From Proteobacteria bacterium UBA1148 (lineage in GTDB: Bacteria > Pseudomonadota > Gammaproteobacteria > Steroidobacterales > Rariloculaceae): a stretch of DNA of 64,000 bases. The DNA is taken from positions 54,258-118,257 of the forward strand of contig DBZY01000014.1 of NCBI GenBank assembly GCA_002311835.1. Reading direction: 5' to 3'. Below the pieces are notes generated by a model that did no database searches, was not told the origin of the DNA, and saw only the letters and a program-made list of their open reading frames with translations. The position numbers and the translations under genes were made by a program. Numbering within the stretch: position 1 is the first letter of the stretch; each line of letters opens with the position of its first letter. Below, in pieces: positions 16,955 through 26,487 of this stretch.

Positions 16955-17980
16955 TTAATTTGTGATGCACTCGTATGGTTCAACTTTAACGTCCGGCAAC
17001 CAGATCCAAGTCTTACCCATTACAACCGGCTGAGTGAATGTTGCCGGATCCGTTACCGTTATCTCATATTGTAGTTTGCTCCCGTTTTCGATGGGTGTGA
17101 AACGCTCGGCGATCTCAATATTCTCGCTCGTTGGAATACCCCTACTGGCGAAATAGCCCCAATTTATCTCTGTCGTCATGACAACAAGAGTGTCGCCCTC
17201 CCAGTGACCCGTTGAGTACCCTAGGATCGATGGTGCTGGTATGACAGAAGGCTGTGCACCCATGTGGATTGTGCGAGTAGTATCATATTCCTCGATTTGC
17301 ACGGTGATGATGTTCCCCTCATCAATGAATTCTAGAGGGTAGGGGGCACTCATGATTGCGGGCATTCCCTTAAGTCCACAATTAAGTAGCGGATCATCTG
17401 TGAGTGGATCGAAGGTCGCTTGTGCTTCACGAGCTTCCTCCGTGAGAGGGTATTCCGGCAGCCACAAAAAATGTTGCCCGCCCGCCAGCGTGGTGCTCCA
17501 TACACGGAAAATGCCTCTTTCCTCTGCGGATGAGTCTCCGGATTCGGCGAACCACCGATCGTTCGTTCCCCACAATCGGTCAGACCAGCGTAGGTCCGCA
17601 GGCTCGGCTTCGAACATAAAGACAAATTCTTCCCCAGTGGGTAGCAGCATATTATTAACAAATATTCCTTGCCCACGTCGTGTTGGCCAGCCAGCTACCT
17701 TGACCTGATCACCAATCTTGACGAACGGTTCAATAACGTCCATCCGACGCATGATGCTCAGCGAGTGGGTTTCCAGATCCCAATCGGCTACAGCGCCATT
17801 ATTATTTGTCACTTTGAGCGTAAAACTCACATGTGGGTTTCTCCATAAAATCTCAGTGACTTCTCCCTCAAGCTCCATTATCACGCTTGGGTTAAAGTGC
17901 ACACTGACGCTATGGTGGGAAAAAACTAACCCCGGTAGCGTGCACATGGTCAGCAGCCTGAACATTCCTCGAATACCCAT
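16955..17980 (-). CDS. Exported protein: DUF6152-like N-terminal domain fused to a ~220-aa C-terminal domain of unknown function
   Basis: Signal peptide ending VFS, then HHSVSVHF...LEGEVTEILWRNPHVSF, the same pattern as the two short paralogs at 54684 and 55540. The C-terminal part contains GHWEGDTLVV and DPATFTQP segments. Confidence 0.6.
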   Translation of the reverse strand: MGIRGMFRLLTMCTLPGLVFSHHSVSVHFNPSVIMELEGEVTEILWRNPHVSFTLKVTNNNGAVADWDLETHSLSIMRRMDVIEPFVKIGDQVKVAGWPTRRGQGIFVNNMLLPTGEEFVFMFEAEPADLRWSDRLWGTNDRWFAESGDSSAEERGIFRVWSTTLAGGQHFLWLPEYPLTEEAREAQATFDPLTDDPLLNCGLKGMPAIMSAPYPLEFIDEGNIITVQIEEYDTTRTIHMGAQPSVIPAPSILGYSTGHWEGDTLVVMTTEINWGYFASRGIPTSENIEIAERFTPIENGSKLQYEITVTDPATFTQPVVMGKTWIWLPDVKVEPYECITN

Positions 17981-18202
17981 CGATTCTGTCTCCCCAGATC
18001 TATTAAGCTAGCGCTTGGTGTTGTTTGTTATTGCGTCTCGTAAAGCCCGAGCACGATTCTAATACAAGGTTCGACAACTATCCGTCCCCTCGGCATCTGA
18101 TGCAAGCACTAGGTGAGGACACGCTGGCGAGCGTTTCCACGGAAGGCGAAGAGATCTGTAGAATTAGCAGTGAAAATATTCAAATAACGATTCCTGGAGA
18201 AG

Positions 18203-19417
18203 ATGATGAAAGGTGTTAGCTGCGTTACGGTTATGACTGTTCTAGGTGTTGCCGTCAATCTACCGTCACTGGTTAACGGGCAAGCATCTACCAATGATCG
18301 GCCGATTATGGGTGATCTGCCACGTGTCTCATTAGAGATCTATTACGTTGATCCTCCGGGAGTGACCGTGGAAACTTTGCTTACAGGACTCGATGTGGTT
18401 TGGAGTTTAGAGTTTGCTGCGGATGGTCGAATGTTTTTGACTGAAAAGGCTGGACGAATCCGTGTAGTGAGCGCTGAGGGTGAACTCGACCCAATGCCCT
18501 GGGCGTCGCTTAATAACGTGAGCGCAGAAATTCGTGAAAATGGCTTGAACGGCTTAGCTCTGCATCCTCGGTTCTCAGAGGAACCTTGGATTTATGTTAT
18601 GTACACGGTGGATAAGGACGGAGATGAGGTGGCTAATCGTGTCAGTCGTTTTCGCGAAGTGAACGGACGGGGCATAAACGAGGAGGTTTTGCTTGATGAT
18701 CTTCCAGGTTCAACAAACCATAATGGAGGGCGCATCCGTTTCGGCCCAGACGGCATGCTTTACGTTGGGACTGGAGATGCCCGTGTTCGAGAGCGTGCCC
18801 AAAGGTTAGATAATCTAGGCGGGAGCATCCTTCGAATTACGCCTGAAGGGGCTGTACCAGACGACAACCCCTGGCCGAATAACCCTATTTGGGCCTATGG
18901 TATGCGAAACCCACTTGGTATTGCTTTCCGTCCGGATGACGGCGCGCTTTTTGTAGCGGATCATGGTCCTACAACAGAATGGGAGCCCCGTATTGGCGCC
19001 TTCGACGAACTCAATCTTGTGCAGAAAGGCAAAAACTATGGTTGGCCACGGGTGGTAGGCGCTCCTGGTATTCCCGATTACGTGGACCCACTTCTCTCGT
19101 GGATTCCTTCCGTACCTCCTGGGGATCTAGTTTTTCACAACGGTGATCTTTACTTGACAGCTCTCTGGTCCGAAGCGTTGATTCGGATGCGTTTCCAAGA
19201 TTCTGGTGATCCCAATCATGTAACTGGCGTGGAGCGATGGTTTAACAGTCGTGTTTGGCGGGACGGTGTGCCTGCTGTAGGAGCGTACCGTCGGGTCAGG
19301 GCACTTGCTGTGGGTCCGGATGGGGCAATCTATATGGGTACCAGTAACCGTGATGGCCGTTTTGAGCCTGGGCCGGACGATGATCGGGTAGTACGTATCG
19401 TGTTCGAGGATAATTAG
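18203..19417 (+). CDS. PQQ-dependent sugar dehydrogenase (soluble glucose/sorbosone dehydrogenase family)
   Basis: Signal peptide. HNGGRIRFGPDGMLYVGTGD, GMRNPLGIAF and NYGWP motifs of the beta-propeller sGDH family. Confidence 0.85.
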   Translation: MMKGVSCVTVMTVLGVAVNLPSLVNGQASTNDRPIMGDLPRVSLEIYYVDPPGVTVETLLTGLDVVWSLEFAADGRMFLTEKAGRIRVVSAEGELDPMPWASLNNVSAEIRENGLNGLALHPRFSEEPWIYVMYTVDKDGDEVANRVSRFREVNGRGINEEVLLDDLPGSTNHNGGRIRFGPDGMLYVGTGDARVRERAQRLDNLGGSILRITPEGAVPDDNPWPNNPIWAYGMRNPLGIAFRPDDGALFVADHGPTTEWEPRIGAFDELNLVQKGKNYGWPRVVGAPGIPDYVDPLLSWIPSVPPGDLVFHNGDLYLTALWSEALIRMRFQDSGDPNHVTGVERWFNSRVWRDGVPAVGAYRRVRALAVGPDGAIYMGTSNRDGRFEPGPDDDRVVRIVFEDN

Positions 19418-19427
19418 AGGTCTAGAT

Positions 19428-20642
19428 ATGCGTCACTTAATCGGTGTCATTCCTGTCTCATGTGTTGTGTTGCTGTGTACTGTGAGGGTCGCGGCTCAGG
19501 AGGTGTTCTACGCAGACGTTACGGACGTCAATTTACCACCTGGATTAGCCGGACAGTGTATGGATGCTGATTCGGGAGATGCTGACGGGGACGGCGATCT
19601 AGATTTAGCGTTAGCCATGGAATTTCAGACAAATATTTTGTTGCTCAATGATGGAGCCGGGGTATTTTTTAATGCATCGCAATTGTTGCCTAGTACCCAA
19701 CGTGATAGCGAAGAGATTGAGTTCGCAGATTTCGACGGTGATGGTGACCTAGACCTTGTGGTCGTGAGCGAGGATGACCAGGTGAACGAACTCTACCTGA
19801 ATACGGGTAACGGCACTTTCAGTGATGCTAGCGATAGAATCCCAGTACAAGGGGTTTCGAATGCCCTTGTTGTTGTAGATCTAGATGGTGATGGAGCTTT
19901 AGATATTCTAGTCGGTAACCATGGGGTAGATCGAGTGTTAATCAACGATGGTGTTGGTAACTTCTCGGACCAATCAGACCGGTTCTGGATTAACGATTCT
20001 CCAACTCAGGATCTAGAGTTAGCCGATGTTGACGGTGATGGCGATCTTGACTTGTTAGTTGCGAATGAAGGCCAGAATCAACTTTTTCTCAACGACGGGC
20101 AAGGATTTTTTATCGACGCAACAGATGGTCATATGCCCCGTCGAGACGATGAGTCACGTGAGATTAAAGCTGCCGATATGGATGGTGACGGTGATCTAGA
20201 CCTCATTGTCGCGAACGTGCAATTCGTGTTGAACGCACCGCACCGCGATTATCTGTTGCTAAATAACGGCTTCGGCGTATTTACAGATGGTGTTCGCGAA
20301 CGGCTGCCGGATGGAGATCGAGATCACTTTACAGTTCAAGTAGTTGATCTCGATGGTGATGGTGACACAGATATTCTTGCGCCATTGACACGCCTCTCGG
20401 GTGATCCTGGAGATTATCGTATTTTGCTAAATGATGGGTCTGGGTATTTTGTTGTGGCGGACCCAGATAGCGTGTTGCCATCTTCCGTATTTGGAAACGG
20501 ATTTGACATCGAAGTTGCAGACTTTAATGGAGATGGTGGGGAGGATCTTTTTTTGTGCAACCGGAGCTACTCACGTGACCCTGGCGAAGCTGTTGCAGCT
20601 GGTGGTCAGCCCAGATTGTTGCTTCGGCGTATGTTGCAGTGA
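19428..20642 (+). CDS. FG-GAP/VCBS repeat beta-propeller protein, exported
   Basis: Signal peptide, then seven copies of the D-x-DGDGDLDL-type Ca-binding repeat. It lies 10 nt downstream of the PQQ dehydrogenase. Confidence 0.8.
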   Translation: MRHLIGVIPVSCVVLLCTVRVAAQEVFYADVTDVNLPPGLAGQCMDADSGDADGDGDLDLALAMEFQTNILLLNDGAGVFFNASQLLPSTQRDSEEIEFADFDGDGDLDLVVVSEDDQVNELYLNTGNGTFSDASDRIPVQGVSNALVVVDLDGDGALDILVGNHGVDRVLINDGVGNFSDQSDRFWINDSPTQDLELADVDGDGDLDLLVANEGQNQLFLNDGQGFFIDATDGHMPRRDDESREIKAADMDGDGDLDLIVANVQFVLNAPHRDYLLLNNGFGVFTDGVRERLPDGDRDHFTVQVVDLDGDGDTDILAPLTRLSGDPGDYRILLNDGSGYFVVADPDSVLPSSVFGNGFDIEVADFNGDGGEDLFLCNRSYSRDPGEAVAAGGQPRLLLRRMLQ

Positions 20643-20653
20643 GGGCTAATTAG

Positions 20654-21670
20654 CTACTGCAAATTCACCATCTCCAGAAGTTCGCGTGAATAACGATTTT
20701 GAGCCTCAGTATAGATCGGCGCTACGGCCGCCACGAACTCTTCTCGCGCTTCGGGCGTCAGTTCCGTTATTTCGCCGCCTGCCTCCCGAATGATTGTCTG
20801 AGCCTCTTCTTCTTCTCGATCATGTAGCTCACGTTGTAAGGTTACGGCGTCCTGAGCGGCGTGACGTATCCCCGTTTGTATCTCTTTCGGCCAGGTATCA
20901 AAGGAGGGTTGGTGTATAAAAATAGGCCGTGACAGGTAGGAATGAAATGTCGTTGTATGGAAGCGTTGATAAGGATAGATATTGTACGTAACTGTGTTAG
21001 CGAATGGATTTTCTTGACCATCCAGAGTACCTGCCTGAATTCTCTGGATAGCTTCCGAAAGATTAATGGCCTGTGGATCAGCACCAAGGAGCTCGAATGT
21101 TCGAGCCTGTACTCCTAGAACACGAATTTTTAGACCTTGCAAATCCTCAAGCTTATCTACCGGTCTAATGTTGTTGGAGATATGACGAAATCCGTTTTCA
21201 AAATAGCCTAGGATTCTGTAGTTATTTGCTGCCTCAAGACTAGTAGTTGCGGATTGTCCAAGCGGCCCATCCATGGCAGCACGGGCTGCGGTAGTGTCCG
21301 AAAATAAGAAGGGTAGAGCAGCTAGCTCTAGTTCGGGGACGTCCGTCATAGTCACGTACCCTACGGTAAGCAGGCCAGAATCAACTAGCCACCTAAGGTC
21401 TCCACCACCACCGTAGCCCACGTCCATAACGTTATAGGTATACCGAATCGATAACTCATCCCCGAACTCTTCTTCCAACCGATCACCGATGAGCTTCAGG
21501 CCTAAGCTAAAACTCGTGGTTGGTGGGGCATAACCGCCCATGCGAATCTGAATAGGTCGTCCTGTGGCGCTGGACGGAGCGACTCGCTGGGCTCTGGTAG
21601 GGGTCAGTTTTAGTGCGAGCCCAGTCGCACCAATTAATGCTGAGGTTTTCAGGAAGTGTCGTCTCGACAT
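20654..21670 (-). CDS. TRAP transporter substrate-binding protein (DctP family), Tat-type signal, no adjacent DctQM
   Basis: MSRRHFLKTSALIGATGLAL leader; DctP-like length and pattern (GYFENGFRHISN, LDGQENP). Confidence 0.8.
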   Translation of the reverse strand: MSRRHFLKTSALIGATGLALKLTPTRAQRVAPSSATGRPIQIRMGGYAPPTTSFSLGLKLIGDRLEEEFGDELSIRYTYNVMDVGYGGGGDLRWLVDSGLLTVGYVTMTDVPELELAALPFLFSDTTAARAAMDGPLGQSATTSLEAANNYRILGYFENGFRHISNNIRPVDKLEDLQGLKIRVLGVQARTFELLGADPQAINLSEAIQRIQAGTLDGQENPFANTVTYNIYPYQRFHTTTFHSYLSRPIFIHQPSFDTWPKEIQTGIRHAAQDAVTLQRELHDREEEEAQTIIREAGGEITELTPEAREEFVAAVAPIYTEAQNRYSRELLEMVNLQ

Positions 21671-21697
21671 GGTGTTTCCTTCTACACGGCGTTAGCT

Positions 21698-21743
21698 GAG
21701 GATTACGATCCTCCGAGATTCCCCTAGTGTCAACCCGGTTGAC
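21698..21743. promoter_or_regulatory. Two palindromes in a divergent promoter region (candidate operators)
   Basis: GAGGAT-TACG-ATCCTC at 21698-21713, and a perfect 15-bp palindrome GTCAACC-C-GGTTGAC at 21729-21743, between the TRAP binding-protein gene and the amidase gene. Confidence 0.3.
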
Positions 21744-21830
21744 CAAAGCGTGGATTAAGGGGGTAGAATGGACTCACAGAATTGGGGTATGGGGCACTGA
21801 GCACATTTGCGGCTCACCCGGGGAGGTGTT

Positions 21831-23435
21831 GTGAAGGTCCTTTTTCTTTTAGTTTGTCTTGCATTCTTGCCAACAAGTGGCATGAGCCAGCCTCGCTTTG
21901 ATGTCGTCGAAACGACTATCGCTGAAATCCATAGTGCTTACGCCTCCGGATTACTAACATCCCGACAGCTTACGCAGCTCTACCTTGACCGAATCGAGGC
22001 CTATGACCAGCAGGGACCAACTATTAACGCGGTCATCACACTCAACGCTGATGCGCTCCAGGATGCCGATCGGCTTGACGAGGCTTTTCAAGAAACCGGA
22101 TTCGTCGGCTCACTCCACGGCATCCCAGTAGTGATCAAGGATCAGGTCGATGTGGTAGGAATGCCCACCACGCTAGGTTCAATCCTTTTTAGAGATTACT
22201 ACCCGGATAGAGATGCTTTCGTGATCGAAAAACTCAAGGAAGCTGGAGCAATCATTCTGGCCAAGGTCACTCTGGGCGAGCTGGCGGGTGGAGATACCTA
22301 TGGCTCGTTATTCGGTTCTACGCGGAATCCATACGCGTTGGACAGAACTGTTGGAGGCTCGTCCGGCGGCTCCGGTGCCAGTGTGTCAGCTAACTTCGCC
22401 ACCATTGCCGTGGGACAAGAGGGTTTTGCGTCGATTCGCCGACCTTCGGGCTGGAACGGCGTCGTCGGTATGCGCCCCAGCGCGGGTCTGGTGAGTCGCG
22501 GCGGTGTTTTTGCAGGGTGGCCTCAGCTTTCTGGCTCTCTCGGGCCCATGGCTCGAACGGTAGAAGATCTGGTAGCGCTTCTAGACGTGCTAGTGGGCTA
22601 CGATCCAGAGGACCCGCTCACGGCGCACGGCGTAGCTCACTATTCAGGAAGTTTTAGTCGTTTTCTCGATGCGGATGGCCTAAGCGGTTCGCGTCTGGGG
22701 ATCCTGCGGGAGTCAATAGGTGTCGCATCGGAACCAGAATCAGAAGATTTCGCTAAGGTTGATGCGATGTTCGAACGCTCCATCGCAGAGCTTAGGGCTG
22801 CGGGAGCGATTGTTTTGGATCCAATTGTTATCCCCAATCTCAAAGAGCTCCTAGGGAATCCTAGTAGCCTGAGCCCAACGGAAAACGACGAATCATTCAG
22901 GGAATACTTTGGGAGAAGTAGCCAGCCACCGTTTGCTTCTTTGGAGGAAATGCTCTCTGCGCCTGAGTTCGACGAAGTTACGCGCTATGCGCGGATTCGC
23001 TTTAGGGCTATGGTGCCAGCCGCAGGGGTGGAACGTGTTAGTCGTGGCCCCTATGCCAGCACGGAAGTGGGAACTTCAAGGCACTACGATTACCTAGTCG
23101 CCCGTGATCAGCTAATGCACAACCTTCTGAAGGTAATGGCGGATCATCAATTGGATGCTATCGTGTACAAGGCTGTAGAGCACCAGCCGACACTGATCGA
23201 AGACGGTCTCAATCCACCCTTTGTTAATACCAAAGGTGTTCCGTTCGTCAACACATTTCTCGTTTACGTTCCGGCGATCGTCGTGCCGTCTGGATTTACA
23301 ACGGATAATTTGCCGGTGGGCATCACGTTCATGGGTAGACCCTATGACGATGGAGCCATGCTGAGGTTGGCTTATGCGTACGAGCAGACTACTCATCACC
23401 GCAGACCGCCGAGTACTACGCCACCCCTCGATTAG
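21831..23435 (+). CDS. Amidase (amidase-signature family), exported
   Basis: GGSSGGSGASVSA signature and KD...GMPTT segment. GTG at 21831 is preceded by GGGAGG and gives the signal peptide VKVLFLLVCLAFLPTSG (ORF opens at 21807). Confidence 0.9.
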   Translation: MKVLFLLVCLAFLPTSGMSQPRFDVVETTIAEIHSAYASGLLTSRQLTQLYLDRIEAYDQQGPTINAVITLNADALQDADRLDEAFQETGFVGSLHGIPVVIKDQVDVVGMPTTLGSILFRDYYPDRDAFVIEKLKEAGAIILAKVTLGELAGGDTYGSLFGSTRNPYALDRTVGGSSGGSGASVSANFATIAVGQEGFASIRRPSGWNGVVGMRPSAGLVSRGGVFAGWPQLSGSLGPMARTVEDLVALLDVLVGYDPEDPLTAHGVAHYSGSFSRFLDADGLSGSRLGILRESIGVASEPESEDFAKVDAMFERSIAELRAAGAIVLDPIVIPNLKELLGNPSSLSPTENDESFREYFGRSSQPPFASLEEMLSAPEFDEVTRYARIRFRAMVPAAGVERVSRGPYASTEVGTSRHYDYLVARDQLMHNLLKVMADHQLDAIVYKAVEHQPTLIEDGLNPPFVNTKGVPFVNTFLVYVPAIVVPSGFTTDNLPVGITFMGRPYDDGAMLRLAYAYEQTTHHRRPPSTTPPLD

Positions 23436-23465
23436 TCTGAGCTCAATCTGCAACGTTCTCGCTCG

Positions 23466-24188
23466 ATGAGTGCTTCCCGTTGGCAGCGGTGGTTACATCA
23501 GCCTCAAACTCAGCCGCTGCGTTGGGTGCTCTATCAGGTTCACTTGTGGGTCGGAATCGTCATCGGCCTCTACGTTTTCGTAATCAGCCTGTCGGGGAGC
23601 GCGGTCGTATTTCGGCGAGAGTTAACTCGCTGGCTACTGCCACCGGGGAATAATCTAGACAGTGGATTTCCGCTAGCACTCCGCGTTTTGGAGTGGCTGG
23701 TGGATTTTCACGACAATCTGCTTGCGGGCTCGGTGGGTCGTGACGTTAATGGTGTTGGCGCAATTTTAGTGACGGTCATGCTGGTGACGGGCGCGGTTAT
23801 TTGGTGGCCAGGTCCACGTCAATGGCGCCAGAGTTTGGTAGTGGTGCGCCCATCCAAGACACAGCGTTTCAGCTGGCGTTTACACAGTGCACTTGGATTC
23901 TGGGGAGGGTTCTTGTTGTTCGGTTGGTCTATGACTGGGATCTACTTTGCTTTCCCTGAACCATTCGAGTGGTTCTTTAATACATTTGATACTGATCCCC
24001 AAGATCTCGAGCGACCGGGCGAAGCTATTCTCTTAGTGTTCATAGACTTACATTTTGGCCGTTTTGGTGGACTCACGATTCGCGTACTTTGGGTTATTCT
24101 CGGTCTACTACCAGCGGCCCTCTTTGTGACCGGTTTTATGGTCTGGTGGAAACGTGTATGGCCCAGCCGTAAACTTCTAGATCGTTGA
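23466..24188 (+). CDS. PepSY-associated TM helix domain protein
   Basis: LYQVHLWVGIVIGLYVFVISLSGSAVVFRRE and the C-terminal DLHFGRFGG...W pattern are typical of PepSY_TM/PiuB-like membrane proteins. It is shorter than most. Confidence 0.7.
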   Translation: MSASRWQRWLHQPQTQPLRWVLYQVHLWVGIVIGLYVFVISLSGSAVVFRRELTRWLLPPGNNLDSGFPLALRVLEWLVDFHDNLLAGSVGRDVNGVGAILVTVMLVTGAVIWWPGPRQWRQSLVVVRPSKTQRFSWRLHSALGFWGGFLLFGWSMTGIYFAFPEPFEWFFNTFDTDPQDLERPGEAILLVFIDLHFGRFGGLTIRVLWVILGLLPAALFVTGFMVWWKRVWPSRKLLDR

Positions 24189-24242
24189 CTGAGAGTATGC
24201 TTCGACAAGAGCCCGTATATGGGTTAATAGAGGATCCAAGCA

Positions 24243-25454
24243 ATGGATTTCAATTTACCACCAGAGATAGAAGCTTATCGAACCCGCATAAGAACATTTG
24301 TTGATGAGTATATTCTTCCTCTAGAAGGTAATTCAGAAAATTTCGATTCTCATGAGAGCATCGCACTTCCGCTTCTCCAAACACTGCGAGAGCGTGCAAA
24401 GGCAGAAAATCTTTGGGCGTTGCAAGTCTCAAAAGCGAGGGGTGGAGGGGAGTTGCCTATGGTAGGAATGGCGGCTTGTTACGAGGAGATGGGACGCTCT
24501 TTGTACGGACCCGTGGTCTTCAACTCTCATGCGCCGGACGACGGTAATATGATGTTGTTGGAAAAAGTTGCGACAGATTCACAAAAGGATAGATGGTTAC
24601 AGCCACTGATTGACGGACTTGTGTGGTCCTCTTTTGCAATGACTGAGCCAGCACCAGGTAGCGGTTCTGATCCGGGCGGGATGATGCAGACCCGGGCTAT
24701 AAAGCGTGGTAATAAGTGGGAAATTAGAGGGCATAAGTGGTTTATCAGTGGTGCTGGTGTTGCGGGACATTTCATTTTAGTAGCTAGAACTTCGGATCAT
24801 CCACGAAAAGGTTTGACGGCATTTCTATTCCATAAAGACCAACCCGGTTGGCAGATTGAGCGGCGGATCCCAACAATGGGACCGGAGGAGCATGGTGGGC
24901 ACTGCGAACTTACTTTCGACGGGCTTACTATTGACGATGAAAATAGGCTTATGGAGGTTGGTGATGGGCTAAAGGTAACTCAAATCCGTCTGGGCACTGC
25001 TCGGCTTACGCACTGTATGCGTTGGCTAGGACTTTCGAAAAGGTGTTTGGAAATCGCCCAGGAGTACGTTGGAGATCGGGAAGCGTTTGGAAAGAAGCTT
25101 AATGATTATGATGGCGTACAGTGGATGTTGGGGCAAGCTGCGATGGATATTCACATAGGGCGTCTATTGACGATGCACGCGGCGTGGAAAATCGATCAGG
25201 GAGATTTTGCCCGCAAAGAAGTCTCCATGGCAAAAGTTACAGTTGCTGACACGCTACACAAAGCCGCGGACACTGCAATTCAATTAAACGGTGCTCGCGG
25301 CTACTCTAAGGATACTGTGCTTGAGCGGATCTATCGATATGCGAGAGCAGCGCGTCTCGTCGATGGTGCTAGCGAAGTTCACAAGATGGTGCTCGCGCGT
25401 AATCTTGCGAAAGAGCGTTCCGATTTCTGGTCCTGGGGAGCGTCAGGGTTGTGA
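24243..25454 (+). CDS. Acyl-CoA dehydrogenase (ACAD10/11- or LvaC-like candidate)
   Basis: 403 aa with ACAD N/M/C pattern (FAMTEPAPGSGSDPGGM, GARGYSKD, ARLVDGASEVHK). The stop overlaps the start of the kinase gene. Confidence 0.9.
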   Translation: MDFNLPPEIEAYRTRIRTFVDEYILPLEGNSENFDSHESIALPLLQTLRERAKAENLWALQVSKARGGGELPMVGMAACYEEMGRSLYGPVVFNSHAPDDGNMMLLEKVATDSQKDRWLQPLIDGLVWSSFAMTEPAPGSGSDPGGMMQTRAIKRGNKWEIRGHKWFISGAGVAGHFILVARTSDHPRKGLTAFLFHKDQPGWQIERRIPTMGPEEHGGHCELTFDGLTIDDENRLMEVGDGLKVTQIRLGTARLTHCMRWLGLSKRCLEIAQEYVGDREAFGKKLNDYDGVQWMLGQAAMDIHIGRLLTMHAAWKIDQGDFARKEVSMAKVTVADTLHKAADTAIQLNGARGYSKDTVLERIYRYARAARLVDGASEVHKMVLARNLAKERSDFWSWGASGL

Positions 25455-26479
25455 CCGCAGAGCATGGGTTCAATATTGCCTGTGTGACAGATTACTTAGA
25501 GAAACATCTCCCTAGTTTTTGCGGTCCAGTTCGCATCGAGAAATTTCCCCAAGGACAGTCTAACCCTACATTTCGTATTGACACTCCATCCGGATCCATA
25601 GTTCTACGCCAAAAACCTTTAGGGAAGCTTCTCAAGTCGGCTCACGCTGTGGATCGAGAATATAAAGTGCTATCGGCGCTTCAGAATTCCAACGTACCGG
25701 TTCCCAAGGTATTTCATTTATGTACGGATGACACTGTCCTTGGGAGTTGGTTCTATGTAATGGAATATGTCGAGGGCAGAGTTTTCCTAGATCCAGCATT
25801 GCCGGATCTAACTCATGCTCAGAGGGGTTGCGTGTACGATGAAGCGAACCGTGTGTTGGCAGCCATACATGCTATTGATATCAATGCTACTCATCTTAGT
25901 GACTTCGGGCGACCTGGCAACTACTACGAACGCCAGGTGAACCGATGGACGAAACAATATAGGGCATCTGAAACACAGCGGATCGAGGCAATGGAAATGC
26001 TTATGGGTTGGTTGCCTGACCATATTCCGGAAGATGATGGTCGAATTTCTCTTATTCATGGCGACTATAGGTTGGGCAACATCATGTTTGCGCCGGATAC
26101 GATGAAAGTTGTAGCAATTTTGGACTGGGAGCTATCTACTCTTGGTCACCCTATCGCTGATCTTGCTTACTTGTGTATGCAACGCAGACTAGGCAGAGAT
26201 GCACCTATCGTAGGTCTTGCTGATCTGGACCTAGAAGCTCTCGGTATTCCGCGCGAGACAGATTTCCTTGAGAGTTACTGCCAGCGAGCAAATCTCGATA
26301 GTGTTGAACCATGGTCGTTTTATCTCGCCTGTTCTTTTTTTCGTCTCGCCTCAATATGTCAAGGCGTATTAAAAAGATCGATAGACGGTAACGCATCTAG
26401 TAAGCAAGCATCTGAGTTGGGGGCTATGGTGAAACCGTTAGCGGTGCTTGGCATGGAAGCTGCGCTTTCGGCGAGTTAG
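25451..26479 (+). CDS. Phosphotransferase (APH/choline-kinase fold), ACAD10/11 N-terminal-domain / LvaA-like
   Basis: FPQGQSNPTF, Brenner-type HGDYRLGN, and DWELSTLGHPIADL. The GTG start overlaps the ACAD stop (GTGA at 25451-25454). Confidence 0.85.
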   Translation: MTAEHGFNIACVTDYLEKHLPSFCGPVRIEKFPQGQSNPTFRIDTPSGSIVLRQKPLGKLLKSAHAVDREYKVLSALQNSNVPVPKVFHLCTDDTVLGSWFYVMEYVEGRVFLDPALPDLTHAQRGCVYDEANRVLAAIHAIDINATHLSDFGRPGNYYERQVNRWTKQYRASETQRIEAMEMLMGWLPDHIPEDDGRISLIHGDYRLGNIMFAPDTMKVVAILDWELSTLGHPIADLAYLCMQRRLGRDAPIVGLADLDLEALGIPRETDFLESYCQRANLDSVEPWSFYLACSFFRLASICQGVLKRSIDGNASSKQASELGAMVKPLAVLGMEAALSAS

Positions 26480-26487
26480 GCGCTATT

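Noticed and set aside
19560-20560. Regularly spaced DNA repeats (GATGGTGA(C/T)GGTGA-type) that could resemble a repeat array
   Set aside because: They are in-frame codons for the DxDGDGDLD calcium-binding loops of an FG-GAP propeller protein. They are neither a CRISPR array nor a non-coding repeat.
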